From the NCBI GenBank assembly GCA_963699755.1, contig CAVOVB010000008.1:32001-96000 (forward strand): a stretch of 64,000 bases of DNA, in the 5' to 3' direction. Below are positions 8,624 to 17,733 of the stretch, one piece after another. The notes under the pieces are model-generated. The model was given only the letters and a program-made list of their open reading frames with translations. It made no database searches and was not told the DNA's origin. The position numbers and the translations under genes are program-made. The stretch is from an uncultured delta proteobacterium. Lineage in GTDB: Bacteria; Myxococcota_A; Polyangia; Polyangiales; Houyiibacteriaceae. Within the stretch, counting starts at the first letter, position 1, and every line of letters begins with the position of its first letter.

Positions 8624-11065
8624 ATGACTACGGTCAGTGGGGGTGTGAAAGGACTGGTCGCGCGCGCGCAGCGCGAGGCGCAGAGGCGGGCGCAGAGCCC
8701 TTCGACGGCTTACCTCCTGCTGGTGATGCTGCAGACGGGGGGCCAGATGGGGAGGCTCCTATCCGGCCTCGGAGTGAAGGAGAGCGATCTGCTGAGCGCG
8801 ATCCGCGTCGTAGATTCGGAGCCGACGAGCGCGCTCGAGCGCGCGGTGGAGCGTGCCTACCGGCTCGCAAAGGCCAGCTCGGCGCCGCAGGTGCTGCCGG
8901 CTCATCTGCTCTTGGCGATCGCGCGGGACACGAGGAGCGCCGCCCACCGGAGCCTGGAAGTGATGGGCACCGGCTCCCGTCGCGTTCAGGAGGCGGTGCA
9001 CGAAGTGCTCGGCCCCGGAGATGCGCCTGCCGCGCCGAGTTCTTCGTGCATCAGACCCACCGTTTCATTCTCCTCGACCGGTCTTCCAGCCAAATCGTCG
9101 CGTCCCTCCGCGCGGAGGAGCGCCGAACAGGCGCCGTTGATAGAGCTACGGGTTGAGCAACTCGAGGAAGAGGAGATTCTAATCGAGGCCCCGATCGGCG
9201 CTCCGGTCGCCCAGCCAATCGCGGAGTCAGAAGACGAGATCATAGTTCCTTCGTCGTCGCCGTTCAGTCTCGACGCACGCAAATATCCGACCCTTGCCAA
9301 GCTCGGTCGGAACCTGACCGAGATGGCTTCCCTCGGGTGCATCGACGAAGTCATCGGTCGTGATGACGAGATCGAGCGGCTGCTCGACGTCCTGGCACGC
9401 AGGCGCTCCAACAATCCGATCCTGGTCGGTCCGCCAGGCGTCGGCAAGACCGCTATCGTCGAAGGTCTCGCGCGTAGACTCGCAGGGGGGGGAGAAGGCG
9501 TGCACGGTCTCGAAGGTACGATCCTGGTCGAGCTTTCTGCCGGCGGCTTGGTCTCAGGCACCGGGGTTCGCGGCGCGCTTTCCGAGCGAATGCGCCGTCT
9601 GCAGTTTGAGGTCAAGCGAGCGAAAGGAAAGATCGTTCTGTTCATCGACGAGGTCCACACGCTCTTCATCGGAGGTGAGTCGCCCGACGATTTGGCGCAC
9701 GAGCTCAAGGCGTCCCTTGCCCGGGGCGAGCTTCCTTGTATCGGCGCCACGACCGACGTTGAGTATCGCAAGTACGTCGAACGTGATGCCGCCCTGGCCC
9801 GCCGCTTCTCTCCAATCCACGTGGCCGAGCCGAGCGCTGAGGATGCAATCGAAATCCTCATGGGGATCGCGCCCCGCTACGAGGTGCATCACGGCATTGC
9901 GTACGAGCCCACAGCCGTCGAATCCGCGGTCGAGCTGTCGGTGCGCTACATGTCCGAGCAGACCCTGCCCGACAAGGCGATAGGGCTTCTCGATTTGGCC
10001 GGAGCGCGCACGCGTCGCAGGGGCGGGGCCATCGTCGATCGCGAGGCCGTTGCGCTAGTCGTAGCGGAGAAAGTGCAGGTTCCCGTCGAGCGCCTTTTGG
10101 TGACCGATTCGCAAAAGCTTCTCGACCTCGAGCGGCACCTCGCAGAGCATGTCGTCGGCCACACCGAGGTGATGCGCCGAATCTCCGATGCCCTTCGCAA
10201 AGGGGCCGCCGGCTTTCACGGACAGCGTCCGCTCGCGACCTTCCTGTTCTTGGGGCCGACCGGCGTTGGAAAGACCGAGACGGCTCGCGCGCTGAACGAG
10301 CTTTTCTTCATGGGCTGCCCGATGACTCGCATCGACATGAGCGAGCTGAGCGAATCGCATGCGGTGGCGAAGTTGGTTGGCGCCCCTCCTGGCTACATCG
10401 GTCACGACACCGGTGGTCAGCTCACCGAAGCGATTCGCCACCGGCCCTACCAACTGGTCTTGCTCGACGAGATCGAAAAGGCCCACATGGACGTGCTCCA
10501 GTCGCTCCTGCCGCTTCTCGAAGACGGACGGCTCACCGATGGCAAGGGCAGAACCGTCGACTGCACGCACACGATCGTCGTCATGACGTCGAATCTCGGG
10601 GGCCAGCACTCGAACCGCAGCCAGAGCTCGATAGGGTTCAAGGATGCATCGGCCGGCGATGGAGACGGCTTCGATGCAGCCCTGACCGCGGCGCGACGAG
10701 CGCTGCCGCCCGAGCTTTGGAACCGCATCGATGAACCGCTGTTCTTCGGTCCGCTCAGCCGCGACGAGGTTGGCGAAATCGCACGACGCATGATGGCGGG
10801 CGTCATCGAGCAGCTTGGCGATCGGCAGGGGGTCCATCTCTCGGTAGAGTCAAGTGCGATCGACTCACTGGTTGCACTCGGCGGATATGACGTCGAGCTG
10901 GGCGCGCGACCGATGCGTCGTGCGATTGGGCGGATGGTCGAGGCACCCTTGGCAGCCGCCATCCTCGGAGGAGAGTTCCGGCGAGGGGACCGCGTTCTCG
11001 TGCTCGGCGAGACGCAGGGGATCCGCTTCGAGCGTACCGCAGGCTCCGTCGAAGCCGCGGAATGA
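8624..11065 (+). CDS. ATP-dependent Clp protease ATP-binding subunit (ClpA/ClpC-like)
   Basis: Clp-N repeats; NBD1 GPPGVGKT/FIDEVH; NBD2 GPTGVGKT/LLDEIEKAH; IGF loop; GARPMRR; no M-domain. Confidence 0.9.
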   Translation: MTTVSGGVKGLVARAQREAQRRAQSPSTAYLLLVMLQTGGQMGRLLSGLGVKESDLLSAIRVVDSEPTSALERAVERAYRLAKASSAPQVLPAHLLLAIARDTRSAAHRSLEVMGTGSRRVQEAVHEVLGPGDAPAAPSSSCIRPTVSFSSTGLPAKSSRPSARRSAEQAPLIELRVEQLEEEEILIEAPIGAPVAQPIAESEDEIIVPSSSPFSLDARKYPTLAKLGRNLTEMASLGCIDEVIGRDDEIERLLDVLARRRSNNPILVGPPGVGKTAIVEGLARRLAGGGEGVHGLEGTILVELSAGGLVSGTGVRGALSERMRRLQFEVKRAKGKIVLFIDEVHTLFIGGESPDDLAHELKASLARGELPCIGATTDVEYRKYVERDAALARRFSPIHVAEPSAEDAIEILMGIAPRYEVHHGIAYEPTAVESAVELSVRYMSEQTLPDKAIGLLDLAGARTRRRGGAIVDREAVALVVAEKVQVPVERLLVTDSQKLLDLERHLAEHVVGHTEVMRRISDALRKGAAGFHGQRPLATFLFLGPTGVGKTETARALNELFFMGCPMTRIDMSELSESHAVAKLVGAPPGYIGHDTGGQLTEAIRHRPYQLVLLDEIEKAHMDVLQSLLPLLEDGRLTDGKGRTVDCTHTIVVMTSNLGGQHSNRSQSSIGFKDASAGDGDGFDAALTAARRALPPELWNRIDEPLFFGPLSRDEVGEIARRMMAGVIEQLGDRQGVHLSVESSAIDSLVALGGYDVELGARPMRRAIGRMVEAPLAAAILGGEFRRGDRVLVLGETQGIRFERTAGSVEAAE

Positions 11066-11074
11066 TCTCTGCGC

Positions 11075-11872
11075 TCAGCGTTTCGTCGTGCGAAGGATCT
11101 TCGAGGCCTGAGTTTGGCCGAGGCCCGCGGCTCGCGCGCAGCGTACGATGACCGGTACGAGCGCGTCGTAGGCGGAGAGAGCCTCGCGATTCAGACGGCG
11201 AAGCGCGCTTCGGTGTTTCGCGATTGCCTCAGCCTCGCCTCGGGCGATCGGGCCGGTGAGCGCGGCGGGAACTCCAAGGCTTTGCACGTTCTCGCCCACG
11301 CTTTGGAGCAAGCCCCCGATCGCGCGTTCGGCGGCACGTTTGTCGAAACCCAGCCGCTTTAGGACGCCAACCGAGACGAAAGCCAAAGCCACCGCGCCGT
11401 TGGCGGTCAAGGCGGCGGCCGCGTGGTACCCGGCGTCGCCGGTCTGGGCCACGACGACACGCGCGCCGCAAGCTCCCCCGATCCGTCGGCTCACACCAAT
11501 GGCACGAGGCGAGCCGTGCACCGTGAACGTCGTTCCACGAAGGCTCGGATTGCTCCGCTTGCCCGGGAACGAGACGAGCGGGTGCATGACGCCAACCGCG
11601 GCACCAGTTTCTTCGCAAGCGATCAGCTCGTCGGTGCCGCGAGCGCCTGCGCAATGGAGCACCGTCGCGCCGCGTTGCAGGTGCGGGGCGATGGCCCGCG
11701 CGACGCTTGCGATCGAGTCGTCCGAGACCGCGAGGAGGATTGCATCGGCGGCCGTCACGCTCGAGGCCTTGTAGCGTCGACCTTCCGCTCTGACCTCGAG
11801 GAGACCGCTCGCCTCGATCGACCGCATCAAAGCATTCCCGACTCGGCCGCGGCCGATGATCAGGAGCTTCAT
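11075..11872 (-). CDS. Rossmann-like DUF2520 oxidoreductase (PanG-like)
   Basis: IIGRGRVG, LAVSDDSI, HCAGA, MHPLVSF, YHAAA, ALTGPIARG. Confidence 0.85.
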   Translation of the reverse strand: MKLLIIGRGRVGNALMRSIEASGLLEVRAEGRRYKASSVTAADAILLAVSDDSIASVARAIAPHLQRGATVLHCAGARGTDELIACEETGAAVGVMHPLVSFPGKRSNPSLRGTTFTVHGSPRAIGVSRRIGGACGARVVVAQTGDAGYHAAAALTANGAVALAFVSVGVLKRLGFDKRAAERAIGGLLQSVGENVQSLGVPAALTGPIARGEAEAIAKHRSALRRLNREALSAYDALVPVIVRCARAAGLGQTQASKILRTTKR

Positions 11873-12432
11873 CCTTCACCTTGGTAGAGGCCGCGTGCTC
11901 GAATGTGCGCGATGACTGCGCTGGGCACGATGCCGGAAACGTCCGCCGCGTTCGACAGGCCGGCTCGGATGTCGGTAGAGCTGATGTTGGGTATCGAGAT
12001 CGGACAGCCCTCGGGAACGGGATAGCCCTGACGACCGATCACGAGCGGCGGGGCGATCCTGACGACCTCCTCCCAGCGGTACCAACGATCGGTGGTCGGA
12101 AGAACATCGGCACCAATCAGCAGCCGGAAGACGGCGTTTGGATTCTCCTCTTCCAGCGCTTCGAGGGTCTCGAACGTTCGGCTGACGCCGCCGAGACGAC
12201 GCTCGATGTCGCAGACTTCCACGCTCCGAAACGGAGAGAAGGCCAGCACGCACATCGATTGGCGTTCCTCGAACGAGGCGCCGTGCTGCTTGTCGAACAC
12301 GTGCTTCCAGGTCGGGACGATCCAAAGCGCGTCGATGTCGGCTGCCGAGATGGCCCAGGCCACAGAAAGCACGTGCCCAAGGTGAGGTGGATCAAAGCTG
12401 CCCCCGTAGATCGCAATCCGCCTCGTCGTCAT
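11869..12432 (-). CDS. nadD: Nicotinate-nucleotide adenylyltransferase
   Basis: YGGSFDPPHLGH, LLIGAD, NISSTDIR; ATGA overlaps with both neighbours. Confidence 0.93.
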   Translation of the reverse strand: MTTRRIAIYGGSFDPPHLGHVLSVAWAISAADIDALWIVPTWKHVFDKQHGASFEERQSMCVLAFSPFRSVEVCDIERRLGGVSRTFETLEALEEENPNAVFRLLIGADVLPTTDRWYRWEEVVRIAPPLVIGRQGYPVPEGCPISIPNISSTDIRAGLSNAADVSGIVPSAVIAHIRARGLYQGEG

Positions 12433-13022
12433 GGCGCTACCATGACCTTCGCACCGCGACCTTGAATTGGCTCGTTCCAGCAAAGCTCGCCGCCAGCCTT
12501 GATCGCGGTCAGGACGACTCCTCCGGTTTCGGATTGGTCATCGAGCAGGCCGAGGTGCCCTGCCTCGAGAGGCCCCGGGCTGAAGAAGCAACGTGGTCCG
12601 AATCTCTTGAACATCAGTTCCTTCGCGTCACCATACACGACGATATTGGAGTTGATGACGTCTTCTTCTCCAATAGTCGATTTGTTTCGGACGATCAGGG
12701 CGATGCGATCGTCGAGCATCTCCACGGCGCGCTTCGGGGGCGGAGGTGCAACGCGGAGCTTACGAAGGTAACGCGCGCCGCGAAGCTTGCGCAGCACCTC
12801 TTCGACCTGCTCCATGCTGCCATGTGTTGCGACTTCTGCGACCTGCTGATCGAGCGTGAAATCATTGGGATCCGACTCGTGCTTTGCCACGAACTCTCGC
12901 AGGGCGGCGTCTTCGGCGAGGTAGACGGCCGCGTCGACCTCGAGCTCACAGATCAGGAGCTGGGCCGCCTGCTCGAGGGCGGCCGCGTCGCTTTTCGCCG
13001 GACCGATGAAACCTAATCGCAT
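12429..13022 (-). CDS. Hypothetical protein, degenerate calcineurin-like (YfcE/Vps29-type) phosphoesterase fold
   Basis: MRLGFIG..., VDAAVYLAED, IVVYGD, FFSPG follow the spacing of MKIGxxSDxH / DxxxHxGD / xxxGHTH / NPGS but lack the His/Asp ligands. Confidence 0.55.
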   Translation of the reverse strand: MRLGFIGPAKSDAAALEQAAQLLICELEVDAAVYLAEDAALREFVAKHESDPNDFTLDQQVAEVATHGSMEQVEEVLRKLRGARYLRKLRVAPPPPKRAVEMLDDRIALIVRNKSTIGEEDVINSNIVVYGDAKELMFKRFGPRCFFSPGPLEAGHLGLLDDQSETGGVVLTAIKAGGELCWNEPIQGRGAKVMVAP

Positions 13023-13026
13023 CGTC

Positions 13027-16000
13027 TTAACGGTCTACACCAGCTTGGGCCCGAGCTTCAAAATGTGCGTCGCTAATCGCGAATCGAACAAGGCCCCAGG
13101 CCTCGGGGGTCTCACGAATCGCGCTGAGGCGACCGTCTACGCTGGCTGGTACCTCGTGCCCGGCCATCTTGAGCAGGGCGTCTACCGCCGCGGGGACGTC
13201 TCCCGTAAGGGTCAGGGCCGCCCGGTTGCCGAGCTCGGCGATCGCGAACGAAGCGGTTCGTGTAGCGAAGTCGGCGTTGCCTTTGAGCTCCAGCACCAGG
13301 CTATCGACCTCGTCGCGCGAGCGGCGTGGCACGACCTTGAGCAACCTCTTGCGGAGGTCTACCATTGCGACTGTCGCCGTGTCCGCGGCTCGACCTCCCG
13401 CGTGACCTTGGAGCAGCGCAAGCAAGGCGAGGTCCAGGTCATGAGGACTGGCCCGAAGCGCCGGCGCCAAATGGTTCGCTGCGACCTTTAGGGCCCGTGC
13501 AAAGAGGAACACACGCTCCCGGGGGCTCGTGAGCTGATGAAGGTTGCCGCCGACGACGATGGTTGGGGGGTCTCCGGAGACTGGCATGCACGCCCCAGGC
13601 GCAACATATGTGATCTTCAAGCGAGGTTCACTGATTCCGAGCACTTCGGCGACTGCGCCCAGCTCTTCGACGAGGCTTCGGTGCTCGCTGGATGCGCGGC
13701 GCAGGCGCCAGCCGCCGGGATCGAACGGCAACACCTTGTCGAAGGCGTGCTCACACAAAGCGAAGAGCCTACGAGCGGTTTCTGGCAAACCTTCCGGAGC
13801 CACGACGACATCGACGAGGCTCCGGAAGGGAACCTCGGGCTCGCCGAGGGCTTCACCGCCGCGGCTCACGTCTCCCTCGAACAGTGATGCAGGATGGCCG
13901 ACCGCAATGGCCGCGCTCGCTGCACAGGAGGCCGGGCCGGGACCATGGCGCCGCTGGAGCACGCGCACCAGGGTCGTCCACAAGGCTTCACTGCCCGGGT
14001 CGGCATCGATGGCGGTCCTCAGGTCGCGGAGAGCTCGGTTGAGGTGCATCGCCTCGGCGGGTCCGGCGCCCTGCCGACGGTAGTAGTCGGCCAAGGCGAG
14101 GATGACGTCGGGCTCGGTCGTCTGTTCGGAGCGAAGATTCTCCAAAATTTGCTCGGCCTCTCGTTGCCTGCCCACTGACTCGGCTGCGCCGGCCAGGCGA
14201 ATTCGGTAGTCGCGGTTCTCGGACTCGCTGCCTGCTCGTCGGACGAGCTCTTCGAGCAGTTTTCCAGCTTCATGGTCCTTCCCTTGCCGGCTCATCACCG
14301 ATGCTAGGCGATCGAGGGTTTCGAGGTGAGTGGGAGCGAGTTGGATCACGCGCCGGAGCGATGCTTCGGCACGCGGGAGGTCTTGGAGGTGCACGTCGTA
14401 GAGCGATGCGAGTTCGGAAAACGCCCAGATCTGCTCTTCGGTGCTTCGCTTCAAGCGCGCGATTCGAATCAAGGACTCGGCGGCACCCTTCCAATCGTCC
14501 AAAGCGCGTTGTGTGTCGACCAGCTCTCGGAGCGCAGCGAAGTGAAGAGGGTCGAGCTCCAAGCACTCGTGCAATGTGTCGATGACGCCTTTGAGGTCGC
14601 CGCGCTCACGACGCTCGCGCGCCTTCTGAACCAGCAGGCCAACCAGGGTCGGCGTATCGGCGCCAGCATCGATGCGTGCGTCAGTCAGCGCTGCGAGCTC
14701 ATCGAGTTGGCCGCGGCTTTGGTAGAGCGCGGCAAGTCTCCGATACACGTCGAGGTACCGGATGTCGCATTTGGAAGCGGCTACCCAGGCATCGATGGCG
14801 CGTTTCTGGTCTCCAAGCTCCCGTTCGAAGATACACGCGGCCTCACGCCACAAGGACGCCGCGCGGTGGCTGTCTTTGGCCAGGCTCGCTGCGTCTTGAT
14901 ACACGATGGCTGCGCCTTCCCACTGCTTGGCTGCACGCAGGAGCCCCGCTTCGGCTTCGCGGGCCAGCGGATGGCCTCGGGCCGCGTCCAAGAGCTCGAG
15001 TGCGTTTTCCGGTGCCCCCATCCTCTGGAGCACCCGAGCGGCGTCCAGGGCGATGGCGCCGCGTTCGAGCTCGTCATCGAGCGCGGCTTGCAGTGCGAGG
15101 AGCGCCTGGAGGCTGATCATCGGATCGCCCTTCGAGTACGCCGCACCCAGGACCTGCCTAGCCAAGCCTGGGTCCGCTGCAAGCGCGTCGTCGATCCCGC
15201 GGAGCGATCGATCGAGGTCGGATTGCAGGATCTCAGGGTCGGCCCTGAGGACCTCGAGCCCGAGGCGCTGCCTCGCCAATCGGTCGACCGAGTCCTCTGG
15301 CAGGGCCTGCAAGAGACGTCGAGCGCTAGAACGGATGCGCTCGGTGTCGTTCTCCCGAAGCGCATCCCACTCGAGGGCTCGTGCGGTCGGGATGTGGTCG
15401 GGACGAAGCTCCGCGATCGATTGAAGCGACAAGCGCGCACTCTGCATGTCGTGACGCGCGAGCCGATCGACTTCTGCCATGGCCGAAAACGCACAGAGGC
15501 GTTCTGCCTCGTCGCTGGCTTTGCGCGCTCGGTTCATCAACCCATCGGCGAGCCGCGCGAATTCCGATGCTTGAAGCTCGGCCTCCTTTTGCTGAACGCG
15601 AATCATCTCGTCGTCTGGATTTTGGGACGAAGCTTCCCGGAGCAGCTTTGCGGCCCGCGCGGGAAGTCCCGCGGCCCGATACGACGCGGCGGCGCGCTCC
15701 AAGTAGGACGATGAGCCGAGGCGTCGTCCAGCGAGCTCCATGAGCTCACCGGCGGCCTCGCTTGTGCTACCGGCCAAGTCCACAAGATGCTCGACCAGCA
15801 GAGGATCGGGAGCGTGCCGGTTCAAGGCCGCTTCCGCATACGCCAAACGGTCGCCTCGGGAGGGCGCCCAGATCGATGCGCGGAGCAGGCTCGGGACTTC
15901 GTCCGCCCGAGAGAGCTCTGCCTGCCGCGACGCGCTGCTCGCCCGTTCTCCGTCCGAGCCGAGCCTATCCTCAAGCTCCCAGAGGGCGGGCAGATAGTCG

Positions 16001-17733
16001 GCTTCCCGCGCGATCGCCGCTTCGCACGCCCCGACCGCTTCGCGGGACCCTGGCTCGGCGAGCCGAGCGGCCATCGTGAAGGCGAAGGCGCTCCGCGTGC
16101 CACGCGTCGCATGTCCCTCAGTGGTCCACCGTCGTGCGTTCCGCAGCGGATCGTCGTCAGCGAGCAGAAGCGCTCGGCCGATGATCGGGTCGCCCTGGAT
16201 CCGTTCCTCGGCGACGAGCAAGGCCGGTAGCCGCTCTCGATCTCCGCATGCCTCCGCCAGCTCAGCGACGGCCAAGCTGGCGCCCGCGGCGAGCCGATCC
16301 GGCGCCTCTTCGATCTCCGCCTCGAGAGCGGCGAGGAACCGTGGCCCGTCTCCTCTGTGCGCGGCGTCGTCTGCAGACAGTATCCTCGATGCAGCGCTCG
16401 TCTGTTTCCCAGGCATCGTTTCGAGCAGATGCGGCAGCTCGTCTTCACATTCGGCGTTCGTCTCCATCAGCTGTTTCGAGGCCTCGAGGTATGGCTGCAA
16501 GCGCGGTTCTCGTTGTGCGTCCAGCGAGGCTCTATCGAAACCTGCTCGCTCGCCCCGTTCGGCGTGAAGACGTGCGCGACGTCCGGCGGCCAGCGCCTGA
16601 ATCTCAGGCGTTTGATCGACTGCGCTCGTGGCGAGCGCTTCGATCGTTCTTTGCGTGTCCCCAAGAAGCGCTTCGGCTTCAGCAAGTGTCCACAGAGACG
16701 CCGTATCCTCCGCGTTGTCGAGCACCGCGACGGCCGCCTCCGGCGAATCTGCTCGCTGGTTGATGATCGCTGCGATTCGGCGAAGCGCGGCCGCGAACGG
16801 ACCTGGGGCATGTTCCGCAGCGGCAAGCAGTGCTGCGCTTGCCACGTCGTCTTCCCCCAGCTCGCGGCTCGTGCGAATCGCTCCGAGATGCGCTGCGAGT
16901 TGTGTGGGTTGAAGCTCGAGCGCGCGTTGGTACCTGCTTCTGGCCGGCTCGAGTGCGCCGGCGCCTTCCATGAGCTCCGCTGCGTGCAAGAGCAACACTG
17001 CTTTGGCTTCGGATTGCGGCCAGCACTCGGCAGCCGCCGTGAGCGCCTCGGCAGCTCGCTCCGAATCGCCGCGCGCGAGCCGCGCCGAGGCCAAGAGGAC
17101 GCGCGCAACGAAGTCGTCCGCTCGCAGCTCGGCTGCGTGCGCGGCCGCCTGCTCGGCAGCGGCCGGGTCGTGGAGCTTCGAAAGCTGAATGCGCGCGAGC
17201 AGATTGAGCGCTGATGCTCGCTCGGCTGGGCTGAGCCCGAGCGCCGCTTCTCTCTCCAGGACGTCTGCCACCGCGCTCCAGTCACCGTGTCGCATCGCGA
17301 GCCGTCGGAGCGAACGCAGAACGACGACGTCGCGCGCGTCCGCGGAGAGCGCTCGCGCGTAGTTGCGCCCAGCGGCCTCGTCGTCTCCGACTTGCTCGCA
17401 GAGCTCGGCGGCCGAGGTGAGCAGTCGCGCGCGTGCCGAGCCGACCGCGCGTTCTCCCAGCGCCTCGAGAAGCGTGATGCGTCGCTTCTTCCTCTCTGGC
17501 GTTTCACCGACCAGGGGTAGAGACTCCTGTCGGGTGCTCTGCTCGAAGACGGTGCGTTGTGCCGTGAGCGCTCCCGCGTCCGATGGGTTGCAAGGACGAC
17601 TGCTGCGCTTCGTTGTCGCGCCGGTTTGCATCTCGACGAAGGAGTCGAGCAGCGTGCTGATCGCGTCATCGTCGATGTCAAACGACGGCGGGTTCGACGT
17701 GCCGCTTGCGGGAGAGATGTCGTCCTCAGCCAT
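13027..17733 (-). CDS. Giant TPR/alpha-solenoid protein (1568 aa) with degenerate M48-like C-terminal domain
   Basis: Many TPR-like units (e.g. LELDPLHFAALREL); C-terminal RERVFLFARAL...LGNRAALTLTGDVPAAVDAL. Confidence 0.8.
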   Translation of the reverse strand: MAEDDISPASGTSNPPSFDIDDDAISTLLDSFVEMQTGATTKRSSRPCNPSDAGALTAQRTVFEQSTRQESLPLVGETPERKKRRITLLEALGERAVGSARARLLTSAAELCEQVGDDEAAGRNYARALSADARDVVVLRSLRRLAMRHGDWSAVADVLEREAALGLSPAERASALNLLARIQLSKLHDPAAAEQAAAHAAELRADDFVARVLLASARLARGDSERAAEALTAAAECWPQSEAKAVLLLHAAELMEGAGALEPARSRYQRALELQPTQLAAHLGAIRTSRELGEDDVASAALLAAAEHAPGPFAAALRRIAAIINQRADSPEAAVAVLDNAEDTASLWTLAEAEALLGDTQRTIEALATSAVDQTPEIQALAAGRRARLHAERGERAGFDRASLDAQREPRLQPYLEASKQLMETNAECEDELPHLLETMPGKQTSAASRILSADDAAHRGDGPRFLAALEAEIEEAPDRLAAGASLAVAELAEACGDRERLPALLVAEERIQGDPIIGRALLLADDDPLRNARRWTTEGHATRGTRSAFAFTMAARLAEPGSREAVGACEAAIAREADYLPALWELEDRLGSDGERASSASRQAELSRADEVPSLLRASIWAPSRGDRLAYAEAALNRHAPDPLLVEHLVDLAGSTSEAAGELMELAGRRLGSSSYLERAAASYRAAGLPARAAKLLREASSQNPDDEMIRVQQKEAELQASEFARLADGLMNRARKASDEAERLCAFSAMAEVDRLARHDMQSARLSLQSIAELRPDHIPTARALEWDALRENDTERIRSSARRLLQALPEDSVDRLARQRLGLEVLRADPEILQSDLDRSLRGIDDALAADPGLARQVLGAAYSKGDPMISLQALLALQAALDDELERGAIALDAARVLQRMGAPENALELLDAARGHPLAREAEAGLLRAAKQWEGAAIVYQDAASLAKDSHRAASLWREAACIFERELGDQKRAIDAWVAASKCDIRYLDVYRRLAALYQSRGQLDELAALTDARIDAGADTPTLVGLLVQKARERRERGDLKGVIDTLHECLELDPLHFAALRELVDTQRALDDWKGAAESLIRIARLKRSTEEQIWAFSELASLYDVHLQDLPRAEASLRRVIQLAPTHLETLDRLASVMSRQGKDHEAGKLLEELVRRAGSESENRDYRIRLAGAAESVGRQREAEQILENLRSEQTTEPDVILALADYYRRQGAGPAEAMHLNRALRDLRTAIDADPGSEALWTTLVRVLQRRHGPGPASCAASAAIAVGHPASLFEGDVSRGGEALGEPEVPFRSLVDVVVAPEGLPETARRLFALCEHAFDKVLPFDPGGWRLRRASSEHRSLVEELGAVAEVLGISEPRLKITYVAPGACMPVSGDPPTIVVGGNLHQLTSPRERVFLFARALKVAANHLAPALRASPHDLDLALLALLQGHAGGRAADTATVAMVDLRKRLLKVVPRRSRDEVDSLVLELKGNADFATRTASFAIAELGNRAALTLTGDVPAAVDALLKMAGHEVPASVDGRLSAIRETPEAWGLVRFAISDAHFEARAQAGVDR

